Source of the DNA: Kiritimatiellia bacterium
GTDB lineage: Bacteria; Verrucomicrobiota; Kiritimatiellia; RFP12; JBMNHG01
Reading direction: 5' to 3'
Length of the DNA: 64,000 nt
NCBI GenBank assembly: GCA_050950285.1
Contig: JBMNHG010000008.1
Location: 434,001 to 498,000 of the forward strand
In this document: piece after piece, positions 50,701-59,109 of the stretch
Numbering within the stretch: position 1 is the first letter of the stretch
How the letters are laid out: each line of letters begins with the position of its first letter
Notes under the pieces: model-generated
What the model saw: only the letters and a program-made list of their open reading frames with translations
Told to the model about the DNA's origin: nothing
Database searches by the model: none
Program-made: the position numbers and the translations under genes

Positions 50701-53069
50701 TCTTCTTCCGCAACACGATCATCGCCGACCCGCTGTCCGCGCTATGGGCCCAGGGCAACGGCACGCAGCCCGTGCTGGACAACGTGCTCTTCTGGAAGGC
50801 GGACGGCGCCTTCGCCGCCGAGACGATCGGCCCGGGTCCCGGCTCGTCGAACGTCTCCACGAACAATCCGAAGTTCGTGCGTTTCCCCAGCCCCTATTCC
50901 TCCGCGCAGCTCGACGCCCGCCTTCGCACCCGCACCAGCCCCGCGTTCAACGGCGGCGACAACGCCTACGCCTCCTCGCTCGACCTCGACCGCAACGCGC
51001 GCATCTTGGACGGCGTCGTGGACCTCGGCTGCTACGAGTACCTCTACGGCGACGTCGAGGATCCGATCTACAAGACCGCGGCCGCCAGGCTCTACATCCT
51101 CTCCGGCAGCTCCGCCGCCCTGCCCCTCTGGGTCGAGCCCTCCGTGGCCTACGACGCCGTGGCGGACGTCGCGTTCGGCACGAACATCCTCTCCGGCGCC
51201 GCTTCGGCCACGGTTCCCGCCGGCGGCACGAACACCTTCACGATCGCCGCCGCATCCGGCGAAACGGCGGTCGTCGAGACCACCGTTACCTTCACGGACT
51301 CCGACGGCGCGATCGAGAGCCTCGTCCTTCCCGTCACCATCAGCCCGAAGCGCGTGCTTGCCACCGCCGCGCCGGTCAACCTGCTCGCCGGGGGGGCCAC
51401 GCAGGATGTCGTGTTCAGCCTGCCCGGCGGCATCCCCGCCCCCGCGGACATCGCCATTGGCTGGCAGGTGGTCGAGGGCGGCTTCCACAACGTCCTGGAG
51501 TGGGTCGGCGACACCCCCGCCGCGATCGAGGCCGGCGACAACGAGGCCAACGGCGTGCTGCGCGTGACCGGCGGCGAGGGCAAGACCGTCGTCCGCCTGG
51601 ACATCGGCGCGGGATTCGTCTTCGACGCCAGCGGCGAAGCCGGGCTGGACGTGGCCTTCATCGCCCACCCCGGCCACCTCTACGTCTCGCCGGACGGCTC
51701 CGACGAGACCGGCGACGGGTCGCTCGCGAATCCCGTGCGGACCATCCGCTTCGCGGTGGAGGGGCTCGCCGCCGGACAGGAGGCGCGCCTGCTTCCCGGC
51801 ACGTACGCCGGCGCGGCGCAGGCGTTCCCCATCGCGCTCAAGCCCGTTTCGATCGTCGGCTGCAACGCCGCCGGCGCACCGGCGGCAGGCCACGCGGTGC
51901 TCGACGGCGAGGGCGTGGCGGCGCGCCTCTTCACGGCCCTCGATCTCGCCTCCGCCCCGATCCTGCGGAACCTCGAGCTCCGGCGCGCCGCATCGAGCGC
52001 CGTCTACGCCGACGGGTCGGCGGTGCGGGTCGAGGGGTGCGTCTTCCGCGAAAACTCCGGCACGACCGACGTCCTGCACAACATCGGATACGCTGCGGGC
52101 ATCTCGCTGGTGCGCGCCGCCTCCGCAGTCCTCTCGGACAGCCTCTTCGAGGGCAACCATGGCCGCGGCGCGGTGGGGTGCGACCGCGTTGGCGACCACT
52201 ACAGCCACTCCTCGATCGTCGCGAGCAACTGCGTCTTCCGCGCGAACACCAACGCCATCGGCGCCGTCTACCTCCGCCACCACGATGCCAGCTGCTTCAT
52301 CGACCTCACGGGGTGCGACTTCGTGGGGAATGCCACCCTGGCCGCGGGCACGGACGGGTCCGCCCCGTGCGCCGCCGTCTTCGTCACCTCGGCGACCGGC
52401 GCGCGGCCGGGCTGCGCGATCCGCCGGACGCGCTTCGCCGACAACGCCGGCGGCCACCTCCTCGGCTTCAGCTACTGCAACGGCGACGTCCGCGACTGCG
52501 TCTTCACCGGCAACGCGACCGTCGGCGGCAGCGGCACTCCCCCGTGCCTCGTCGGCGGCACCTACGTGGCCGTGGACTTCGCGAACAACACCCTGGCGGC
52601 GAACACGGGCGCGGTCCTCGGCGGCACGCTCAACAACGAATGCCGCCTCCGCAACTCGGTCTTCGCCGATACCGGCATCCTGCTCGACAACCGCCAGAAC
52701 ACGACACCCACCCTGAGCCATTCGCTCGTCTGGAACTCCGATGGCGAATATCCGCCGGCGGTCACGCAGTACTACGACGGCAGCATCCAGCGCACGAGGT
52801 ACGACTACTTCGCGGCCGGCTGGAACCTCTCCACCAACGACCCGCTCTTCGCCTCGATGCCCTCGCCCTTCTCGAGCGCCGCCTTCGACGGCCGCCCGAA
52901 GAACCGCAAGAGCCCGATGCTGGACGCCGGCGACAACGGCTTCGTCGGCGCGGGCGACCTCGACTTCGCCGGCAACGTCCGCATCCGGGACGGGACGGTG
53001 GACCTCGGCGCCTACGAAGTCCCCCGCGCCAGCCTCCCCGGCGACGGGACGCTGCTCTTCCTGCGCTGA
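47709..53069 (+). CDS. Secreted protein with three tandem [DUF1565-like + parallel beta-helix + choice-of-anchor-Q-like] modules, 1786 aa, C-terminal PGDGTLLFLR
   Basis: SD AGGAGG; signal peptide; (Y/F)VSPxGSDxxGDGS x3; FxxN beta-helix repeats; DLxxxxR..D(L/F)GxxE x3. Confidence 0.85.
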   Translation: MSIPRSLAAAAAAIGLALTASAQVPVYVSPSGSDATGDGSESAPYRSITKALAENTQTAHLEVHAAAGLYDAANGETFPISPASSQSILGVRGSDPGSAAGSTVIDAGGAAYAIQLPYHGEGVTARLAGVAITNALSAIRCIAWRGDIDDVLVTDVAQGETYSMLIYGDNAGHAIHVNRMRAVNISNPATGNSNGGRHAFFFLAGGGELAFSDCVFSNIAGGFPEWGFFHVGWHGGSSWTYTVEGSLFEDISYAGGNNDERSMIQCWGGGSKMLFDRNIVRNLAFDKYVLANNRCGQTIIRNSLFENIAVSGGFSVIGEAMGGGQDIFHCTFHNCSPVFRTYNGTSHIYVHDSILSHDTSLVINSGDASSHSKLRFFDCDIWNAASDTGYDAVESSGILRVDPLYADAANHDYRLRVTSPLVDAGDNARAAFDAWAMPNDLDLRGKARIVDGDGDDVPTIDFGAIEFAYGDNTAPTFLTGKPRTHIFEGDEVDFPVFVSPSVPDSVTASVAYGTNLLGGPSSIAIAPGATNQLRVVAGSLGESVSTWVSLEDTADPAGVAPGLFAVTIHPRKVDVSVGTTTFLPSNAVQEVAISLPGSSRAPADLPLAWAVESGAANNAVEWTGDPSPSIPQGANAANGTLRVTGSSGATTVRLTVGGGYVFSASGMDSIVLAFLAHPGYLFVSPAGSDIHGDGSLGNPMQTMAAAMAALDNGQEVRLLPGTYDSSTQTFPIAMKSVTVSGCDTNGMVEGAAPLVTVDGGDAVARLFDCRALAGGATFRELTLARATASAIYAEHTVVNATNCVFTANHGPYTTGNDEGNAACIALVNNSSARIHGCTFDGNRGRGTVGGERREAYNDMTIVASNCVWRANDSRIGAVYLRHHVAGCWMDLSDCVFSNNTANTGYVDGGHGSSVGYTTSANGNFIYQTYRRCAFYDNSGASLFGTGYTGLTIADSLFAGNTPSAAMAGGVTYTLSSANNTFVHNSGAMTCFGPNSGSIFFRNTIIADPLSALWAQGNGTQPVLDNVLFWKADGAFAAETIGPGPGSSNVSTNNPKFVRFPSPYSSAQLDARLRTRTSPAFNGGDNAYASSLDLDRNARILDGVVDLGCYEYLYGDVEDPIYKTAAARLYILSGSSAALPLWVEPSVAYDAVADVAFGTNILSGAASATVPAGGTNTFTIAAASGETAVVETTVTFTDSDGAIESLVLPVTISPKRVLATAAPVNLLAGGATQDVVFSLPGGIPAPADIAIGWQVVEGGFHNVLEWVGDTPAAIEAGDNEANGVLRVTGGEGKTVVRLDIGAGFVFDASGEAGLDVAFIAHPGHLYVSPDGSDETGDGSLANPVRTIRFAVEGLAAGQEARLLPGTYAGAAQAFPIALKPVSIVGCNAAGAPAAGHAVLDGEGVAARLFTALDLASAPILRNLELRRAASSAVYADGSAVRVEGCVFRENSGTTDVLHNIGYAAGISLVRAASAVLSDSLFEGNHGRGAVGCDRVGDHYSHSSIVASNCVFRANTNAIGAVYLRHHDASCFIDLTGCDFVGNATLAAGTDGSAPCAAVFVTSATGARPGCAIRRTRFADNAGGHLLGFSYCNGDVRDCVFTGNATVGGSGTPPCLVGGTYVAVDFANNTLAANTGAVLGGTLNNECRLRNSVFADTGILLDNRQNTTPTLSHSLVWNSDGEYPPAVTQYYDGSIQRTRYDYFAAGWNLSTNDPLFASMPSPFSSAAFDGRPKNRKSPMLDAGDNGFVGAGDLDFAGNVRIRDGTVDLGAYEVPRASLPGDGTLLFLR

Positions 53070-53142
53070 CGGGCGGGCGGAAAAGCGGCGCGCCGCGCGT
53101 TTCGCCTTTTCCCGGGCGGGGATCCGCGGTACACTCCGGCGC

Positions 53143-56100
53143 ATGTCCTCCCCGTTCGTCCATCTCCACGTCCACACCAAATACTCCCTTCTCGACGGCG
53201 CATGCCAGCCCCAGGAACTGGCCGCGCGCGCCAGGAAACTGGGGATGGAGGCGGTCGCCATCACCGATCACGGGGCCCTCTTCGGGCTCAAGGACTTCTA
53301 CGACGTCTTCCGGGAGAGCGGGGTCAAGCCCATCCTCGGGTGCGAGGCGTACGTCGCCCGCCGCAGCCGCTTCGAGAAGAGCGACAAGGACATCGACCTC
53401 TCCGGAAACCACCTGGTCCTCCTCGCCAAGAACCTCGCCGGCTACCACAACCTGCTCCGCCTCCTCTCCCTGGCCAGCACGGAGGGGTTCTACGGCAGGC
53501 CGCGAATCGACAAGGAGCTCCTCGAAGCCCACCACGAGGGCCTGATCTGCCTGTCCGCCTGCATCGCCGGCGAGATCCCGGAGAAGATCCTCGCGAGAAA
53601 GCCCGCGGAGGCCGAGAAGGCCGCCCGCTGGTACCAGGGGCTCTTCGGCGACGACTTCTACCTCGAGATCATGTACCACCGCGCCGGGCCCGACGTGCCG
53701 CGACGCCCCGGCGAAGAGGCCGTGCACGTGCTCCAGGGGCGCGTCAACCAGGGCATCCTCAAACTCGGCCGCAAGCTCGGCATCCGGGTGGTCGCGACCA
53801 ACGACGTCCACTTCCTCGACCGGGACGACGCCGAGGCGCACGACATCCTGCTCTGCCTGAGCACCGGCAAGAAGGTCTCCGACGAGAACCGCCTGCGCTA
53901 CACCCGCCAGGAGTGGTTCAAGAGCTACGAGGAGATGCTGGAGGCGCTTCCCGACAACCGCGAGCAGATCGAGAACACCCTCGAGGTGGCGCGGAAGGTC
54001 GAGGACTTCGAGCTCGATTCCGACCCCATCCTGCCGGTCTTCCCCATCCCCGGGAGCTTCGGTTCGGAAGAGGACTACCGCGCCCGCTTCACCGAGGCGG
54101 ATCTCCGCGAGGAGTTCGGGGAGAGCTACGACCGCCTGGCCGAAGGCGGCATCGGCCAGGTGCTGCGTATCAAGCTCGAGGCCGACTACCTCGAGCACCT
54201 CGCCCGCGAAGGCGCGAAGGAGCGCTGGCCCGGCGGGGTCCCGGAGGCCATCGAGGAGAGCATCCGCTTCGAGCTGGACACCATCAAGACGATGGGCTTC
54301 CCCGGCTACTTCCTGATCGTGCAGGACTACATCGCGGCGGCGCGCCGCATGGGCGTGTTCGTGGGCCCGGGGCGCGGCTCCGGCGCCGGGAGCGTGGTGG
54401 CCTACTGCCTGAAGATCACGAACATCGACCCGACGGAGTACGGCCTCCTCTTCGAGCGCTTCCTCAACCCCGACCGCGTCTCCATGCCCGATTTCGACGT
54501 GGACTTCGACGACGCCACGCGCGGGAAGGTGCTCGATTACGTCGCCGGGAAATACGGCGTCGACCACGTGGCGCACATCGTGACCTTCGGGCAGCTCGCG
54601 CCGAAGAGCGCCATCAAAGACGTCTGCCGCGTGCTCGACGTGCCGCTCCAGGAGTCGAACCGGCTGTCCTCCCTCGTGCCCGAGGTGCCGAAGATCACCT
54701 TCGAGAAGGCCCTCCAGATGAGCCCCGAACTCGCCGCCGAGCTGAAGAACCCCGACCCGGCCGTGCGCAAGGTGCTCGAACTCGCCGCGAAGCTCGACGG
54801 CGGGCTTCGCCAGCCCGGCGTGCACGCCTGCGGCGTGATCATCTCGCGCGATCCGCTCATCGAGACCATCCCGGTGATGCCCACCGAGAACGAGTCCCTG
54901 CTCACCACGCAGTACGACGGCCACTTCGTCGAGTCCATCGGCCTGCTCAAGATGGACTTCCTGGGGCTGCGAACCCTCACCGTGCTCAAGAACTGCATCG
55001 ACTACGTCCGGGAGGATCGCGGCATCGAGATCGACATCGACGCGCTTCCGCTGGACGACCCGGAGACCTATGGCCTCTTCTGCCGGGGCGAGACCACGGG
55101 GCTCTTCCAGTTCGAATCCGACGGGATGAAGAAGTACCTCCGCGAGCTTCAGCCCTCCTGCCTGGAAGACCTCGTGGCGATGAACGCCCTCTTCCGGCCC
55201 GGACCGATGCAGTACATCCCCACCTTCATCAACCGGAAGCACGGCCGCGAGCCCATCACCTACGACCATCCGCTGATGGAGACGCACCTCAAGACCACCT
55301 ACGGCGTGTGCGTCTACCAGGAACAGGTCATGCTGCTCTCGCGGCTCCTCGGCGGCTTCACCCGGGGCGAGTCCGACACCCTCCGCAAGGCGATGGGCAA
55401 GAAAGAGCTCGATACCATGGAGAAGCTCAAGGCCAAGTTCATCGACGGGTGCCTCGCCAATCCCGAATTCCGGATCGGGAAGTGGAAGAGCGAATCGGCC
55501 GCGCGCGCGCTGGCGGACAAGATCTGGGAGGACTGGCGCAACTTCGCCTCCTACGCCTTCAACAAGTCGCACGCCGTCTGCTACGCCTACCTCGCCTACC
55601 AGACGGGCTGGCTCAAGGCCCACTACCCGGCGGAGTTCATGTGCGCCGAAATCTCCTCCGAGTTCGGCAAGTTCGACCGCCTGCCCGGGCTGATGGCCGA
55701 GGCCGGCGAGATGGGGCTGCGGATCGTCCCGCCCGATGTGAACCGCAGTCTCGTGCGCTTCTCGCCCGACGGGCGGGACGGCATCCTCTACGGGCTCGGC
55801 GGCATCAAGGGCGTGGGCGAACTCGCCGCGCAACTCATCGTGGACGAGCGCAAGGCGAACGGCCCGTACAAAGACTACCCCGATTTCGTCGCCCGCGTGG
55901 GCGCCGGGAAGGTGAACCGCAAGGCCATCGAATCCCTGGCCCGGGCCGGCGCGCTCGACGTCTTCGGCCTCCACCGCGCCCGGCTTCTCGCGGCGCTGGG
56001 GACCCTGATCGATCGCGCCGAGGCCGACCGCCGCGACCTCGAGGCCGGCCAAGGCTCGTTCTTCGACATGCTCGGCGAAGCGGGCATGGAGAGCGCCGGA

Positions 56101-56835
56101 TCCGCCGACGAACTCCCCGACTGCGAACGCTGGACCCACCGCGAAGAGCTGGAGGGCGAGCGCGAGCTTCTGGGCATGTACGTGAGCGGCCACCCGCTCG
56201 ACGAGTTCCGCCCGCTCCTCTCCTTCTTCCCCACCCTCGGCCTCGACAGGCTCGAAGAGGCCTCGAACGGCGCCGGATCCGCCACGGCCCGGCTGGCCGG
56301 CCTGGCCGAGGACGTCTCCTTCCGCAAGACGCGGGATACGATGCGCGACTGGGCGATCCTCGCCCTCTCCGATGGCGAAACACGCCTCGAGGTGTTCGTC
56401 TTCCCCGAAACCTTCGAGCGCTACAAGGACGCGATGGTCGCGGGCCAGCCCCTGCTGGTCTGCGCCGAAATCTCGCGGCGCAACGGCCAGCTCCAGGTGT
56501 CCGCCAACGAAGTCTACTCCCTCCCCGATGCCGCCAGGCTGTTCACGGCGCACGTCGCCATCGCGATCGGGGGCGGCGCCGAGGCCGCCTCCCGGCTCGG
56601 GACGGTCCGGGAGACCTTGAAGGCCCACCCCGGCGACGTCCCCGTGCGCCTGGGCGTGACCGTCGAGGACGGGCGCACGATCGTCCTCGAAGCCGGCGCG
56701 GACTACCGGGTGGAGCCGTCCCTCCCGCTCTACCGGGAGCTGGAGGCCGCCGTGGGCCGGAAACAGTGCCGCTTCGTCCCCACGGACGCCATCTTCCTGT
56801 CCCGCCGCCGCCGCCGGCGGCCGCAGAACGGGTAG
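53143..56835 (+). CDS. dnaE: DNA polymerase III alpha subunit, 1230 aa
   Basis: FVHLHVHTKYSLLDG, GPGRGSGAGS, FERFLNPDRVSMPDFDVDF, KMDFLGL, YAFNKSH, OB fold. Confidence 0.97.
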   Translation: MSSPFVHLHVHTKYSLLDGACQPQELAARARKLGMEAVAITDHGALFGLKDFYDVFRESGVKPILGCEAYVARRSRFEKSDKDIDLSGNHLVLLAKNLAGYHNLLRLLSLASTEGFYGRPRIDKELLEAHHEGLICLSACIAGEIPEKILARKPAEAEKAARWYQGLFGDDFYLEIMYHRAGPDVPRRPGEEAVHVLQGRVNQGILKLGRKLGIRVVATNDVHFLDRDDAEAHDILLCLSTGKKVSDENRLRYTRQEWFKSYEEMLEALPDNREQIENTLEVARKVEDFELDSDPILPVFPIPGSFGSEEDYRARFTEADLREEFGESYDRLAEGGIGQVLRIKLEADYLEHLAREGAKERWPGGVPEAIEESIRFELDTIKTMGFPGYFLIVQDYIAAARRMGVFVGPGRGSGAGSVVAYCLKITNIDPTEYGLLFERFLNPDRVSMPDFDVDFDDATRGKVLDYVAGKYGVDHVAHIVTFGQLAPKSAIKDVCRVLDVPLQESNRLSSLVPEVPKITFEKALQMSPELAAELKNPDPAVRKVLELAAKLDGGLRQPGVHACGVIISRDPLIETIPVMPTENESLLTTQYDGHFVESIGLLKMDFLGLRTLTVLKNCIDYVREDRGIEIDIDALPLDDPETYGLFCRGETTGLFQFESDGMKKYLRELQPSCLEDLVAMNALFRPGPMQYIPTFINRKHGREPITYDHPLMETHLKTTYGVCVYQEQVMLLSRLLGGFTRGESDTLRKAMGKKELDTMEKLKAKFIDGCLANPEFRIGKWKSESAARALADKIWEDWRNFASYAFNKSHAVCYAYLAYQTGWLKAHYPAEFMCAEISSEFGKFDRLPGLMAEAGEMGLRIVPPDVNRSLVRFSPDGRDGILYGLGGIKGVGELAAQLIVDERKANGPYKDYPDFVARVGAGKVNRKAIESLARAGALDVFGLHRARLLAALGTLIDRAEADRRDLEAGQGSFFDMLGEAGMESAGSADELPDCERWTHREELEGERELLGMYVSGHPLDEFRPLLSFFPTLGLDRLEEASNGAGSATARLAGLAEDVSFRKTRDTMRDWAILALSDGETRLEVFVFPETFERYKDAMVAGQPLLVCAEISRRNGQLQVSANEVYSLPDAARLFTAHVAIAIGGGAEAASRLGTVRETLKAHPGDVPVRLGVTVEDGRTIVLEAGADYRVEPSLPLYRELEAAVGRKQCRFVPTDAIFLSRRRRRRPQNG

Positions 56836-56883
56836 CCGCCGGGGCGTTGTCCCAGGCGGCGGAAATCCCTGGAAAAACCACGG

Positions 56884-56913
56884 TTGACATCCGCCCCGCT
56901 TTTTTGATACTGT
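56884..56913 (+). promoter_or_regulatory. Putative promoter of the tRNA-Thr/tuf operon
   Basis: TTGACA followed by GATACT (N16) or TACTGT (N18). Confidence 0.55.
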
Positions 56914-57036
56914 ACTCTGGTTTTCGCCCCGTGGTGAACTGTCTTCACATTTCGGGACGGGAACACGAGCGTAGCAGCCGCAATACGGGCGACCGCCCCG
57001 AGGCTGTCTCGAACGTGTGACAACGTGTAACAGAGG

Positions 57037-57112
57037 GCCCACGTAGCTCAGTTGGTAGAGCACGTCCTTGGTAAGGACGAGGTCAGCGGTTCGATCCCGC
57101 TCATGGGCTCCA
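57037..57112 (+). tRNA. tRNA-Thr(GGT)
   Basis: Cloverleaf, anticodon loop TTGGTAA, CCA end. One C:A mismatch in the acceptor stem. Confidence 0.95.
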
Positions 57113-57150
57113 GTTTTGGGGCTGCGACCTCAGTTTGGAGAGTAGAGAAA

Positions 57151-58359
57151 ATGGCGAAGGAATCCTTTCAGCGCACGAAACCGCACCTGAACGTCGGCAC
57201 GATCGGCCACGTCGACCACGGCAAGACCACCCTTACCGCGGCCATCACCAATGTCCAAGCCCTCAAGGGCCTCGCGACGCCCATCAGCTATGACCAGGTG
57301 GCCAAGGCCTCCGAGTCCGCCGGCCGTCGCGACGCCACCAAGATTCTCACGATCGCCACGTCGCACGTCGAGTACGAGTCCGAGGGCCGCCACTACGCGC
57401 ACGTCGACTGCCCCGGCCACGCCGACTACGTGAAGAACATGATCACCGGCGCCGCGCAGATGGACGGCGCGATCGTGGTGGTGAGCGCCGCCGACGGCCC
57501 GATGCCGCAGACCCGCGAGCACATCCTGCTCGCCCGCCAGGTCGGCGTGCCCGCGATCGTCGTGTTCCTGAACAAGGTGGACCTCGTGGACGACTCCGAG
57601 CTCCTCGACCTCGTCGAGATGGAGATCCGCGAGCTTCTCTCCAAGTACGAGTATCCGGGCGACGACATCATCGTGGTGCGCGGCTCCGCGCTTCCCGCGA
57701 CCAAGGCCACGAGCCTCGACGATCCCGCCTGCGAGTGCATCACCGAGCTCATGAACGCCCTGGACACCAGCATCCCCGAGCCCGTCCGCGTGCTCGACCA
57801 GGCCTTCCTGATGCCCATCGAAGACATCTTCTCGATCGAGGGCCGCGGCACCGTCGCGACCGGCCGCATCGAGCGCGGCATGGTCAAGGTCAACGACCCC
57901 GTGGAAATCGTGGGCATCCGCCCGACGCAGAACACGGTGGTGACCGGCGTCGAAATGTTCCGCAAGCTTCTGGACGCCGGCCAGGCCGGCGACAACGTCG
58001 GCTGCCTCCTCCGCTCCGTGAAGAAGGAGGACGTCGAGCGTGGCCAGGTGCTCGCCAAGCCGGGTTCGATCACCCCCCACACCGAGTTCGCGGGCCAGGT
58101 GTACGTGCTCAGCAAGGAAGAGGGCGGCCGCCATACCCCGTTCTTCAAGGGCTACCGCCCCCAGTTCTACATCCGCACGACGGACGTGACCGGCGACATC
58201 ACCCTCCCCGAGGGCGTCGAGATGGTCATGCCGGGCGACAACGTGGAAGTCCAGGTCAAGCTGATCCAGCCCGTCGCCATGGAAGAGAAGATGCGCTTCG
58301 CCATCCGCGAAGGCGGCCGCACCGTCGGCGCCGGCACGGTCTCGAAGATCATCAAGTAG
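57151..58359 (+). CDS. tuf: Elongation factor Tu, 402 aa
   Basis: [36 protein letters not shown]. Confidence 0.98.
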   Translation: MAKESFQRTKPHLNVGTIGHVDHGKTTLTAAITNVQALKGLATPISYDQVAKASESAGRRDATKILTIATSHVEYESEGRHYAHVDCPGHADYVKNMITGAAQMDGAIVVVSAADGPMPQTREHILLARQVGVPAIVVFLNKVDLVDDSELLDLVEMEIRELLSKYEYPGDDIIVVRGSALPATKATSLDDPACECITELMNALDTSIPEPVRVLDQAFLMPIEDIFSIEGRGTVATGRIERGMVKVNDPVEIVGIRPTQNTVVTGVEMFRKLLDAGQAGDNVGCLLRSVKKEDVERGQVLAKPGSITPHTEFAGQVYVLSKEEGGRHTPFFKGYRPQFYIRTTDVTGDITLPEGVEMVMPGDNVEVQVKLIQPVAMEEKMRFAIREGGRTVGAGTVSKIIK

Positions 58360-58442
58360 TCTTCCCCGAGCGAACAAACGCCAACTTTGGGCGGCGGACC
58401 GCGGTCCCGCGGTCCGCCGGCCAGCAATGGAGTCGGTAACCC

Positions 58443-58595
58443 ATGCCCCGCGAAATAGCTATCCTGGCGTGCAGCGAATGCAAGCGCCGCAACTACGTGA
58501 CTACGCGCAACAAGAATACGCAGCCCAACCGCGTCGAGAAGTTGAAGTACTGCCCGGCGGAGCGGAAGCGTACGCAGCATCGCGAAGTCAGGTAA
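58443..58595 (+). CDS. rpmG: 50S ribosomal protein L33 (not in the ORF track)
   Basis: MPREIAILACSECKRRNYVTTRNKNTQPNRVEKLKYCPAERKRTQHREVR*. Confidence 0.95.
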   Translation: MPREIAILACSECKRRNYVTTRNKNTQPNRVEKLKYCPAERKRTQHREVR

Positions 58596-58626
58596 GGGGC
58601 TTTTGGGTCGATCCGACAAAGCACGT

Positions 58627-58700
58627 AGGCCAGTAGCACAATGGCAGTGCAGCGGTCTCCAAAACCGCCTATGGGAGTTCGATTCTCTCCTGGCCTGCCA
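58627..58700 (+). tRNA. tRNA-Trp(CCA)
   Basis: Acceptor AGGCCAG/CTGGCCT, anticodon loop CTCCAAA, CCA end; canonical position before secE. Confidence 0.95.
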
Positions 58701-58790
58701 ATTCGCGCCGCGGACGTCCCCAACCGGATGGCTGCGGCGGTTTTGCCATGGGTACGGCCGCCGAAACCAACGAACCAGCGAATCCCTGAC

Positions 58791-59033
58791 ATGAGCGACA
58801 AGAACAAAACAAAGAAGAGCGGAAAAGGTCCGGGCGGCGAGTCCGGCGAGCGCAGCCTCCAGAAGATCCAGGCCTTCTTCAACAGCGTCGGGGTCGAGTT
58901 CCGCAAGATCACGTGGCCGGACAGCAACGAGCTGGTCGAGTCCACCGTGGTCGTGCTGGTGCTGATCGCGATCCTGGCCACCGTGGTACTGGTCTTCGAC
59001 AAGGCGATCCAGTTCGCATTGTTGCGTTTCTAG
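58791..59033 (+). CDS. secE: Preprotein translocase subunit SecE
   Basis: EFRKITWP motif plus a single TM; synteny. Confidence 0.92.
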   Translation: MSDKNKTKKSGKGPGGESGERSLQKIQAFFNSVGVEFRKITWPDSNELVESTVVVLVLIAILATVVLVFDKAIQFALLRF

Positions 59034-59109
59034 TGCGCCGGAGGCCCTGCGGGCCGCAGAGTGGATTCGCGGCCGTGCGGCGGGGCGAGGCAAAGAAGAG
59101 GATTTCGCC

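Noticed and set aside
58392..58419. Terminator after tuf
   Set aside because: A strong hairpin, but it has no U-tract and lies inside a conserved operon; more likely a stability or processing stem.
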